From positions 1 through 27,651 of the forward strand of contig NW_021833314.1 of NCBI RefSeq assembly GCF_006345805.1: a stretch of DNA of 27,651 nucleotides, in the 5' to 3' direction. This DNA comes from Octopus sinensis. Lineage: Eukaryota. Shown one piece after another: positions 1-10,859 of this stretch; position 1 is the stretch's first letter, and the number at the start of each line of letters is the position of its first letter. The position numbers and the translations under genes are program-made. The notes below the pieces were generated by a model. The model was not told the origin of the DNA, made no database searches, and saw nothing but the letters and a program-made list of their open reading frames with translations.

Positions 1-98
1 TATTAAGTATATAAGATTGATATAAATATATGCATATTAATATATATACATGTATATATATATATTTATGTGTGTGTGTGTATATATATTATAATATA

Positions 99-140
<42 letters not shown>

Positions 141-538
141 GTTGAAAAGGAACACACAAGCATTTTCTACCTTATATATATATATATACATACACACATA
201 TATATATATATATACATACATGTATAATATATATGTATACAGATACATGTAATATATATATATAATATATATATATATAAATGTATATATATACATACAT
301 ACATAGTTATATGTATATTACATACATATGTATACATATTACATTCTTATATATATTACATACTAATATTATGTGTATATATACATATATATTACATATG
401 TATATACATATATATATATTACATATATATATGTATATTACGTATATATATACATATACATTATACATATGTTTGTGTGTGGATTTATATGTGTGTATAT
501 GTGTATATGTGCATATACATATATATATATACATATAC

Positions 539-570
<32 letters not shown>

Positions 571-720
571 TTGTGTGTATCTTTATGTATGTATATGTGT
601 ATATATGTGTATATACATATATATATATATGTGTATATCTATATGTATGTATATGTGTATATATGTGTATATCCATATATATATGTGTGTGTCTTTATAT
701 ATATATACATGAAAATATGT
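1..720. repeat. Degenerate (TA)n/(TG)n/(TACA)n microsatellite tract
   Basis: Almost entirely TA/TG/CA dinucleotide runs; the overlapping I/Y-rich ORFs are translation artefacts. Confidence 0.95.
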
Positions 721-1099
721 ATGTATATTCTTGCGAGTAACGCGCTGTTTATTAAAATATACTACAATAATTTGACAAGGCACCGACAAAACACGAAGCC
801 AAGAAACATATAGATATAAATGCATTCATTCCTACCTACATACAAATATACTTCGACACAAAAGTAAATGCTAGCGAGTAAAAGAAAACAGCTAAAGAAA
901 CAAAGATTTCTTCTGAATAAATAACTGAACAAAAGATCAGAGAAAATTTACTTCACCAATGTCAACAATGTAATATATTCTCTAGAATATTTCAATTAAG
1001 TTTTCTTAGTTCATGAAATAGAAAGTAGCGGAGACTGGAAAACATGAGAGGTTGAGGCAGAGGAAGACATCTGTATGCGTACGCGAGAGTTTCTTCCTA

Positions 1100-1280
1100 T
1101 ATGTATATATATATATCTGTTTGTGAGTATGTATATATATATTAGACATATACATACATCATACATTTGAATATTTACGTGCGTGTGTATGCATACACCC
1201 ACGCACGAACACACACTCTCACACACACACTATATTATAATATACATATATATATATATATAGATGATAGTTACATACAT

Positions 1281-1377
<97 letters not shown>

Positions 1378-1615
1378 AAGTTCTATCTACGTATCATATA
1401 TATTTGTAAGTTTTTAATGTTGCTTGCCTTTATCTCTCTCTTCTTTTCTCCCCTCTCTCTCTTTCTCCCCTCCTCTCTTTATCTATCTATCTATATTTGT
1501 ATGGATATGTATATTTACATATACATACACATAATATGCATATATCTGTATATACTTACTTGCGTGTGTACGTATTTGAGATATATATATATATATATAT
1601 ATATAGATATATATA

Positions 1616-1698
<83 letters not shown>

Positions 1699-1815
1699 AT
1701 ATATATAATATATACATGTAATATATTTACATGTATGTATATAAAGTCTTGAACACACCGGCGTATATGACGTGCATACACACACACACGCACACAAACA
1801 TACACACAGACACAG

Positions 1816-1850
<35 letters not shown>

Positions 1851-1860
1851 CATATATATA
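1100..1860. repeat. (TA)n/(CA)n microsatellite tracts with a short CT-rich island
   Basis: Long TA runs at about 1270-1378 and 1580-1695; CA run at about 1778-1840. Confidence 0.9.
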
Positions 1861-1989
1861 TTACGAGCGTAGCGAGAATGGAAGACAGAGTGTGACTTTT
1901 TAAAGCATAGGTGATTGTGATGAGAAAAGCTAAGATAGAATTTGTGGGACTTTATTTGCAATGAAGTGGACGATAAAAAGAATCAACGA

Positions 1990-2486
1990 AATATAGAAAG
2001 AAATACTAAAGAAAGAAGATAAAGAGATCGTAGTGAAAATTATAAAACATTGTTGCAAACATTTGAACAAAAAATATTAGTCTTAATACAGATAAGAAAC
2101 GAGCGTAGTGTGTGGAGGGGTTGTAAGACTAGTTTCAGAAATGTAGAATGTGAGAAGCGTAGGCGGGAAATAAAGGAATGAAATAGTATGGAAATAATTG
2201 AGAAGAAAGAGAGAATGGGGGGAGAAAGGGTGAGCAATGCAGAAATGATTGGTGGAAAGAGGGGAAATGAAGGAAGTTAAACAAGGCGTCATTAAAAGAT
2301 GGAAGACGTTTAGAGAAAGAGGAGAGAAGAGAAAAATGGAGAAAGAAGCATGATAATATAAAGGAAAGGAGAGAGGATTGAGAATGCGTAACTGGACGGA
2401 GAGTGATGGACAAAGAGTTAGAGAGAGACAAAATGATAGATAGACAGATAGACAAACGGACAGACAGATTGACTGACAGATAGATT

Positions 2487-2517
<31 letters not shown>

Positions 2518-2863
2518 TTGATAGATAGACAGATAGATAGACAGACAGACAGACAGATAGATAGATAGACAGATAAGTTACTTTATTGGCCACACAGGGC
2601 TGCACACAGATGGGACAAGTTACAAGGTAGAGCTTTTCTTTTGGGGGATGAAAAAAAAAGAAAAAGGGCGGCGTAGGTTTTCGATTAAAAAGCATCGTAA
2701 AATGGAAAAAAGAACAAAAAAAAGGAAAAGAAAAAAGAAAAAAGGGAAAAGGAACAAAGGAAAAGAAAAATGAAAAAGAAGAAAAAAGAGGAAAAAAAGG
2801 GGAAAAGGAAAAGAAAACGATCAATAGGGATGAAAACGATAAATAGATAAAGATAAATAAAGT

Positions 2864-2897
<34 letters not shown>

Positions 2898-3110
2898 CGC
2901 CCCTTGTGGGTAATAAAAAAAATCAGATAGATAGATAGATTGATACATACATACATAGGAAAGGAACGAAAGAAAGAATGAGAAGGTACGATAAAAAAAA
3001 ATAAGTCTGAAAGGAAATAAAGTAAGAAAAAGAAACAATACAAATTATAATACAAATAATAATACAACACAAAAATATAAAGAAAGAAACAATGGAAGAA
3101 TTAAAAGGAA

Positions 3111-3142
<32 letters not shown>

Positions 3143-3145
3143 ATG
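1990..3145. repeat. Purine-rich low-complexity block with (GATA/GACA)n, A-rich and (GAAA)n tracts
   Basis: GATA/GACA at about 2435-2575 and 2863-2897, A-rich at about 2690-2820, GAAA at about 3113-3142. This explains the F/L/S-rich 311-aa minus-strand ORF. Confidence 0.9.
2577..2637 (-). mobile_element. Isolated retroposon 3' tail related to the SINE-C internal tail
   Basis: Minus strand reads ...ttgtaacttgtcccatctgtgtgcagccctgtgtggccaataaag, then (TATC)n. It is homologous to tgtttgtcccttctgtgtttagccccttgtgggtagtaaag at about 15892-15932 (-) and to gccccttgtgggtaataaa at 2899-2917 (+). Confidence 0.6.
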
Positions 3146-3679
3146 TATCTTCTGTTTTTCTGAGGGAAATTTATTTGGCTCTTCTGTGTTAATTTTTTAC
3201 AGTTTCATTATGTCAAAACGATATTTAATTGAAAAATATTGCAAGAAGTATTAAATTTAAATAGGAGGAAGCGGAATATATAAACTCTTGTTAGGAATGA
3301 AATAGCATAGAGCAGTATATAACTATCTAATAACTATATGGATTTCCGTAGTGAGAGGTAGAAGGAAAGGTAGAGAGATGGATGTACGCCCACAAATATA
3401 CTCCAGTACATACACAGATCTACCTATACATACACACTCATAAACTTATATATGTATTATTATTTTAAAACATCAGAAGTAAAAAAATTACACAGGGGCT
3501 ATGAGTTCTGAGGTATCATACCTTGTGTGTTCCTTTCTGTCTGTATTTATGTCTCCATCAATATATCGGTCCATCCATCTATGTATTCATTTCACAGTAT
3601 GTCCTTCTCTTTCCATACATATATGTGTATAATGTGTGTGTGTACTTATATATCTTATATCTACATATGCATACATACA

Positions 3680-3721
<42 letters not shown>

Positions 3722-3769
3722 TATAAATAAATATAAGAGAATGGTCACTATTCGAAGCACTGGGCCATG

Positions 3770-3832
3770 GTGTTGAATAGATATACTATTAAATTAGTAT
3801 CTAATTCTCTCACCTTATTAATTAAATTATAT
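3770..3832. mobile_element. Fragment (terminal module) of the asymmetric foldback repeat family
   Basis: ggtgttgaatagatatactattaaattagtatctaattctctcaccttatt resembles 22448-22495 and 24367-24417 and ends in (TA)n. Confidence 0.5.
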
Positions 3833-3885
3833 ATATATATATATATAAAATATTATTAGAGACAAAAACCACTATTTTGCAAAAA

Positions 3886-3918
<33 letters not shown>

Positions 3919-4583
3919 ATATGTATGTGTGTGTGTTTGTCATTTTGTCTCGCAGGAATTGCTGTCAGAATTCAACTAAAAAAACAATAACCGGAAGAGT
4001 GAAACATTTCATTGGACGCTATAACAGGTTTAGGAATTCTTCTAAATTTCTTGTGTTCCCTATCATTTGCAGTCACTTGTCCAACAATATATGATGTAAT
4101 ATACTCCTGTTTTTACCATCCTCGCCACCACCACCACTGTAATACTAACTGCAAAGAAAAACTCTCTCCCAAACTTTAGCTACTCCGTTCTATGTAACAA
4201 TTTCTCTCACCTCTTTCCATCACAATTATCCAATTAGTACCAGTGCGAAAGCAAGTAAAATACGGGGACAATTTTTAAGCTGACCACTGCCGAATAAATT
4301 TATAGTTTCTGAACAAATATGGCGAAGCAGTCCGTCCAGCTGCCCTGGCATACGTTGAACGCATTTTAATTAGATACGGAAAATAAAAGCAACATATGTG
4401 CAGTTCAGTCTGATTTATAAATGTTTGCTAGAGCTAATGTCTATAAATCTGTGTGAGAAGATAATACTTATCGGAACAAGTCCAGCAGAAACCTATCGAA
4501 TATTGCTTAAATAACCTTATGGCGTTAAAAAGTCTTTCTACCAAACACCAAGTTCAATATATGCATAAAATAGTGTATATAAT

Positions 4584-4850
4584 ATCACGTGATCACGTGA
4601 CCGACCAGACCATCAAATGTTGTTACACATCGCTGGCCGCCACCCCGCTGGCTAAGCGAGCAGGCCAACAGAAGAAAGAGTAGGAGAAAGAGTGGTGAAA
4701 GAGTACAGCAGGGATCACCACCCCCTGCCGGAGCTTCGTGGAGCTTTTAGGTGTTTTCGCTCAATAAACACTCACAACGCCCGGTCTGGGAATCGAAACC
4801 GTGATCCTGCGACCGCGAGTCCGCTGCCCTAACCACTAGGCCATTGCGCC
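4584..4850 (-). mobile_element. tRNA-derived SINE, family A (full length, RTE-type tail)
   Basis: Head GGCGCAATGGCCTAGTGG (A box) and GGTTTCGATTCC (B-box-like). A second copy lies at 12486. The 3' end tgatggtctggtcggtcacgtgatcacgtgat matches the RTE 3' end at 20000-20033. Confidence 0.85.
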
Positions 4851-5047
4851 TTCACGTATATAATATAGATGAGGACAAATATCTGTCAATTGTAAATAAT
4901 GTAAATAATGTAGATAATTCCTCATCTCTTAAATATAGAACTGTAAAACTGCTACAATTCATTTTATAAACCATAATTCAACTGTAATACCACTAGAAGT
5001 GGTTATAAAACCAGAATTCAATTTGATTTAAAAAGTAACTCAATATA

Positions 5048-5232
5048 GGCGTAGAAGTGGCTGTATGGTAAGTAGCTTGCTCACCAACAACATGGTTCCG
5101 GGTTCAGTCCCACTGCGTAGCATCTTGGGCAAGTGTCTTCTACTATAGCCTCGAGCCGACCAAAGCCCTGTGAGTGGATTTGGTAGACGGAAACTGGAAG
5201 AAGACCGTCGTATATATGTACACATAAATGCA

Positions 5233-5275
<43 letters not shown>

Positions 5276-5530
5276 ATGTATGTATGTATGTATGTATGTA
5301 TGTATGAATGTATGTATATGTGTGTGTATATGTTTGTCCCCGCAGCATCGCTTGACAACCGATGCTGGTGTTTTTAGGTCCCCGTAACTTAGCGGTTCGG
5401 CAATAGAGACTGATAGAATAAGTACTAAGCTTACAAAGAATAAGTCATGGGTGTCGATTTGCTCGACTAAAGGCGGTGCTCCAGCATGGCCACAGCCAAA
5501 TGACTGAAACAAGTAAAAGAGAGTAAAAAG
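5048..5530 (+). mobile_element. tRNA-derived SINE, family B (full length, internal microsatellite, CR1/L2-type tail)
   Basis: A-box-like TGGCTGTATGG and B-box-like GGTTCAGTCCC; internal (TA)/(TATG) tract; tail ggcggtgctccagcatggccacagccaaatgactgaaac. Other copies at 12762-14135 and 27163-27521. Confidence 0.85.
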
Positions 5531-5847
5531 ACAGTAAACCTTCAACTAAATACCAACACGGGGAAACTGTTTGAATTTGTTCACTTTGGAAACGTCATAA
5601 GTGATGGACCGTTGATATGATTGCAGCAACTAGAATGCATAATTGCAGACGGAGCAATGTGCATCTTGCTGCAATTGAAACAGATTTTGGTCATTGGTAT
5701 ATATGCTGAAGAAAACTTTTTTGATAAAATGTCCTGTATGTGAATGAATTTCCACTCTCCTCTTTGTTTTCAATGATATATAGGGAAAAATTCAATTTAG
5801 AAATACTAAATCAAATTCACAATTATATATATATATATATATATATA

Positions 5848-6244
5848 TCTTTATATATAAAAGAGAAGTTGTGTGTCTGTCTCCTACGATTTAGATTCCT
5901 AACTACTCCCACATTTTGCGGTGCAGCTTAACCAAAACCGGGTATCTTATAGTCGTGATTCATATCGAGCCCTTCTGGGTATTAGCGCGCATCTACGATG
6001 AGTCTACGATTTAAAAAAAAATTACCATCATTTTTTTCCATTTTAATGCATTTTTTTCGCTATTATATAAGGGAAGTAACTATCTAAAAATGTCTACAAT
6101 GAGTCAACGATTTAAAAAAAAATATACCATCATTTTTTTTCCATTTTTAATGCATTTTTTGCTATTTTTGGGCTATAACTCTCTAAAAATGCTTATATAG
6201 TTATTTCCCTTACAAACTCGAGCAACGCCGGGCGATACTACTAG
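5848..6244 (+). mobile_element. Non-autonomous Helitron with an internal ~100-bp tandem duplication
   Basis: Starts with TC after A, ends with CTAG before T. Subterminal hairpin ctcga-gcaacg-ccggg lies about 8 nt upstream of CTAG. Termini are similar to 8814-9353. Confidence 0.8.
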
Positions 6245-6249
6245 TATAT

Positions 6250-6720
6250 ATATAATTAAATAATAAGGGTAGAAATTGATATTAATCAATAAAATCCAGT
6301 GGCTTAGCATATTTAAAAAATCCGAAGATTAAAAATTATGTTACATACAAAATTAAGAGGAATGGCCACTAAAGTGGACACCTAATATGCTAAACATAGA
6401 CGTGAAATCGCCATTACCTCTCAGAATGTGTTCCCAAGAAAAATCTCAGCAAAACGATAAAATATAAAAATGAGCAAGACAAATGAAAATATACGAAATA
6501 AAAAACCATTACCTTCGTACCAATGGTTTCACTTGTTAATATCTGCGTAGGTATTGTTTTTTTTTTTATTTTGTATATTTTCATTTGTCTTGTTTATTTC
6601 TACATTTTGGCGTTTTGCTGAGATTTTTCTTGAGAACATATTCTGAGTTGTAAAGGCGCTTTGACGTCTATGTTTAGCATATGAGGTGTCCACTTTAGTG
6701 GTCATTAATTTTGTGTATGT
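6250..6720. mobile_element. Asymmetric foldback element, Penelope-like (~145-bp inverted arms plus a one-sided terminal module)
   Basis: Arms at 6361-6505 and about 6562-6706 are reverse complements (roughly 85% by eye). The spacer holds a hammerhead 3' half on the minus strand (GAAAC-CATTG-GTA, 6518-6530). Module 6250-6345 is shared with the 22410-22500 and 24330-24420 copies. Confidence 0.7.
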
Positions 6721-6809
6721 ATATATGTATATATATATATATATATATAGAAAATAAAAACGGAAAAATACGCACACTTACATGGTTTAGTATAATTTTT
6801 AATGTATCT

Positions 6810-6852
<43 letters not shown>

Positions 6853-6853
<1 letters not shown>

Positions 6854-7735
6854 TTGATTGATTGATTGATTGATTCTAGTTTCAGCTTATGAGCTGTGGC
6901 GCCATGCTGGGGCACCGCCATTGGTGTTGCTACTTGGTTTCACACTTCATGAAGGCTTTCTAGCAACTGCTATTTGGTGCATGAGAGAGTTCGATGCAGC
7001 TGCCCTCATCTGCCCCTCCTGCCGTGAAGTTGGTCATCTGGGACACCTGACAGGAAGAGATCCAGCTTCATTTTAAAGACATCTGCATCCACCCCATGCA
7101 GGTCTCTCAGGTTCTTCGGGAGGATATTGAAGAGCTGTGGGCCTCGGAAGCCCAGGCTATCACAGAATCTTGTCCTTCATCTTGATGGCAAGTCTGGAGT
7201 CCTAGGCACCACGCAGTGGCGCCCAGTTCTGGCATTTGCGTAACTCTCGATGCCAAAGTTCAGGACACTTCCCTCCAGGATCTTCCAGATGTATATTATG
7301 GCATATCTTTCCCGCCTACGCTCTAGGGAATATAGTTTTAAACTCTTGAGTCTTTCCCAGTAGCTTACATTCTGCATAGAGGCTATCTTCTTCGTGTAGC
7401 TACGTTGGATCGCCTCGAGCTCTGTGATCAACTTGACACTGGATGGTGACCATAACTGAGAGCAGTAGTCAAGTGGCTTAGGACAAGTGTCCTCCAGAGG
7501 ACCATCATGGTTCTTTCTTGTTCTCTTGTTCTAAAGGTTCTGAGGATCCATCCGGCCAGTCGTCTACATTTCATTGCCAATTTAGCAACATGTACACGAA
7601 AGGTCGCGTCATCACTCATGTAAATACCTAGGTCACGCACTGATTGTGCCTCTGGGATTGCTATTCCTCCGGGTCCAGTGTATTCGTTGGGTATTGCATT
7701 TAGTTTTGCATGCTGATAGTATAGAGCTTGAAACT
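6853..7735 (-). mobile_element. 5'-truncated CR1/L2-group LINE: RT C-terminal region, 3' UTR and (ATCA)n tail; pseudogenised
   Basis: Translates KFQAL...VRDLGIYMSDD...WILRTF, then after a frameshift DYCSQLWSP...LEAIQRSYTKKI...YWERLKSLKLYSLERRRERY...RGPQLFNILP...KMKLDLFLSGVPDD. Contains stops and frameshifts and ends in (aatc)n. Confidence 0.9.
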
Positions 7736-7869
7736 TTTATATATACATACATACACATATATTTATATATGTATATACACATATATTTATATATGTATTA
7801 TAATACTATATATATATATTATATATATATATATTATATATATATTATATTATATACATACATACATAT

Positions 7870-7933
7870 AAATCCTTAAATCCTTAAAATTATGTTTTAG
7901 CCCGAAGGCCGCGCCCATGCTGGGGCACCACCG
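7870..7933 (-). mobile_element. Very short CR1/L2-type 3' tail fragment
   Basis: Minus strand ggtggtgccccagcatgggcgcggccttcgggctaaaac followed by (aaggattt)2. Same motif as the LINE tail at 6879-6919. Confidence 0.65.
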
Positions 7934-7948
7934 CTGAATATTATAAAC

Positions 7949-7987
<39 letters not shown>

Positions 7988-8108
7988 CATGCGTACATAT
8001 ATATATATGTATGTATATATGTACATATTTATATATTTACATATATATGTGTCTATGTATGTATGTATATATGTGTCTGTGTCTATGTATGTATGTATGT
8101 ATATATAT

Positions 8109-8240
8109 TAAGGGCATTACTATACATAAATGCCTCATGCTAGGAGGGACTCCTAATGTCAAAACTACTATAAAAATATGGTAGTTTTGACTTTAAGAGA
8201 CCCTCCAAGCGTGAGGCATTTATGTATAGTAATGCCCTTA
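8109..8240. mobile_element. Hairpin MITE-like palindrome (64-bp arms, 4-nt loop)
   Basis: 8109-8172 and 8177-8240 are reverse complements with 6 mismatches; loop AAAA; TA at both ends. Confidence 0.75.
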
Positions 8241-8350
8241 CTATAAGTAATATATAATATATATATATATATATTATAGATAGATAGATAGATAGATATG
8301 CCTGTGTGTTAGTGAGTTTGTGTGTGTGCATGTGCTTATATATATGAATA

Positions 8351-8401
<51 letters not shown>

Positions 8402-8813
8402 TGTATATATTTATTATATATATGCTTGTGTGTTTTGTGTGTGTGTGCGCGTGCATTTATGTGTTGTGAGATGTTGAAAATATATTGTCTGGAAGACCCA
8501 GAGTGTTTAACTATTGAAAATACCTCAACAATTACAGTTAATCTCACTATTTAGATACAACACGCTCAGAATCATTTCCAGGTCGACCGACGAAAACATT
8601 TTATTCATCACAGCCAGAACTATGTCGTGTCCATAGTAAATGTCAATGATCTCCAATAAATACTATCTTATTAGACATGTGCATCATGCGGATTCGCTCT
8701 GCACTTTTTTATAGTGATTCTGCTGTGTAGGAATTGGAAGGTTTCATTAGCTTCTAAATGATGCTTCCAGTCTCTTACAAGTAACTAGTTAAGCAGTACT
8801 ATCAGCTTTTAAA

Positions 8814-9353
8814 TCTCTCTCTATATAAACGGCAGTTTGTCTGTCTGTGTGTCTGTCAGGTTGTACCCTCACCCTGACCACGGCTTTTAACCGATTCTGA
8901 TGAAACTAAACACGCACATAGCCCGATGTCATAATTCAAAACTAACGCGGCGAAAAGTTTGAAAAGTGCCCCCAGTTTTGAAAAAAATTGATAAATTCGA
9001 CATGGGGTCGAGAATCTCAGCTTTTTATTTGCAACCCATTTTCTGTTGTAGTTTTGGCAACTTGCAATCGATTTTCACCAAACTCATGGTGAAGCTTAAT
9101 GTTACCCTAAGAAACTTAATTCTGACGTTAGTTTTTCATGCAATACCTTACCATCAGAAAAAATCGATAAAATCATGCCATTTTGGGAAATCGCGTTTTC
9201 GCCTAAAGGGACAGCTAGGAACATCGTATACACAGAAGACATTGCAACCTACACATGCGCCTTCGTTCCCTAGAGAGAAAGGACTAGATTGGGATTAGTC
9301 GTTGCCTACTAGGGGCTCTTACATACCCGGGCAACGCCGGGCTATGCTGCTAG
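8814..9353 (+). mobile_element. Non-autonomous Helitron
   Basis: Inserted between A and T; 5' TCTCTCTCTATATAAA; 3' hairpin cccgg-gcaacg-ccggg (9326-9341) followed by CTAG (9350-9353). Confidence 0.85.
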
Positions 9354-10349
9354 TTCCATTATAAAAGAAAGAAAACTGTTCTGTCTTTTAGTCAGAAGTT
9401 ATGTACCAAGGCTTATATTATCTTGTTTTCTTTGCATTTGTTTAATGATGCTCAGGCGCCATGATTCTAAATCCATCGAGGGATACTTGCGGATTTGAAC
9501 AGAAGAATACAAGCTGTATATGACGATTTGAACACGAAATATAAATAAATAAATACGAGGAATAAAATACAAATAATAAATCAAATCGTAGCAAAATGCT
9601 GTTTCATCTCCAAGATCTAAGAGTAATCATTAAAATCTACGCAAACAAATTTATAAAGTTACTTTGAGAAATTCGTAGGCATGAAATTCGAATTTCCCAC
9701 AATCATGCTTAATGTAAAATGTTTTGGAATCCAAAGGAGCAGATGACATGGACAGATATAATTAAAAACTGTCACCCAAAGCATAGAGCATTCAGCAGTA
9801 GATTATTATATTGAAGGAATCTTTCAAATACTTTTATAAGACAAGCCGAAGTGTTTTTTCTCATGCAAACACGCGAATATTCCACTAGAAGCTATACAAT
9901 TTTGATTTATTATCCACTTTGTATCCAGGGGTTATTTTCTGTTTCTATAAAGGAAACAAGGAGATTTCAAAATTGACTGATAATATTAAAGAAAATATAT
10001 TGATGCGTTTTACTATGTAATGTTGTACAGAATATACATACGTTGAATCTTTTTTCTCTTTTTTTCTGATTTGAATACATTTTATAATTTCCAGTCATTG
10101 GAATATGCATAGCAAGAACAAGACAAAATGCTTTGAAGCAACTATCCATAAATGTTTTCTTCTTAAAGGATTTTCAATTAAATGTTCACAACTCTACATG
10201 ACGTTTAAATTCCTTCCATCTCTAAATCTTAAACACCCCAAAGAATATCATAATGCACTCTATTGTCTTTAAACATCCATGTTTTCCAAATGCAAGTCCC
10301 TTTTAGTAAAGGTATTAATAAACCTTGCAGAATCCTTTGTGCAATTCTT

Positions 10350-10516
10350 GAAATATCTATCTATTTATCTATCTATCAATCTATCTATCTATTTATCGAT
10401 CTATCTATCTAGCTGTCTGTCTGTCTGTCTCTCTCTCTCTCTTTCTCTCTGCCTACCTACCTACCTACCTATCTACCTATTTATCTATCTATCTATCTAC
10501 CTACTATCTATCTGTC

Positions 10517-10547
<31 letters not shown>

Positions 10548-10658
10548 CTATATATAGATAGATAGATAGATAGATAGCATGTGGCACTCCGAATTTGTAA
10601 CATACACACACATGCACACCCCCACCCTCCACGTGTATGTGGTATGTGTGTATATATA

Positions 10659-10722
<64 letters not shown>

Positions 10723-10760
10723 CCAAATACACACTATATATGTATATAATGTACACCGTA
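10350..10760. repeat. (TCTA)n/(GATA)n/(TA)n microsatellite cluster
   Basis: Directly visible tetranucleotide and dinucleotide runs. Confidence 0.9.
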
Positions 10761-10783
10761 TAAAAGTATGAAGATGACAGCTA

Positions 10784-10859
10784 CTAATAGATTCTTGCTG
10801 TGGAGACACAGGGCTAGAGAGATTTTTATAAATGCCTTGTGTCTCCGAGCAATCATTGG
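10784..10859. other. Pre-miRNA-like hairpin in unique sequence
   Basis: UUGCUGUGGAGACACAGGGC pairs with GCCUUGUGUCUCCGAGCAA (19 bp, one bulge, two G-U); 19-nt loop; 7-bp bulged basal stem. No expression evidence. Confidence 0.25.

Noticed and set aside
30-1961. Many 60-160 aa ORFs rich in I/Y/C/V/M/H/T (also at 7949-8547, 10279-10809, 19157-19451, 20094-21277, 23766-24627)
   Set aside because: They are translations of TA/CA/TG/GATA microsatellites, which lack stop codons in some frames.
2135-3070. Longest ORF (311 aa, minus strand)
   Set aside because: F/L/S-rich read-through of a purine-rich low-complexity strand; no domain motif.
4790-4850. tRNA-like sequences (also 5048-5115, 12486-12535, 16030-16119)
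   Set aside because: A and B boxes are present, but there is no complete cloverleaf and each continues into a SINE body.
8607-8617. ATCACAGCCAG, matching the miR-2 family 5' region
   Set aside because: Only 11 nt match and there is no complementary arm nearby.
8897-8906. CTGATGAAAC, resembling a hammerhead core
   Set aside because: No stem II between CTGATGA and GAAA; it lies inside the Helitron.
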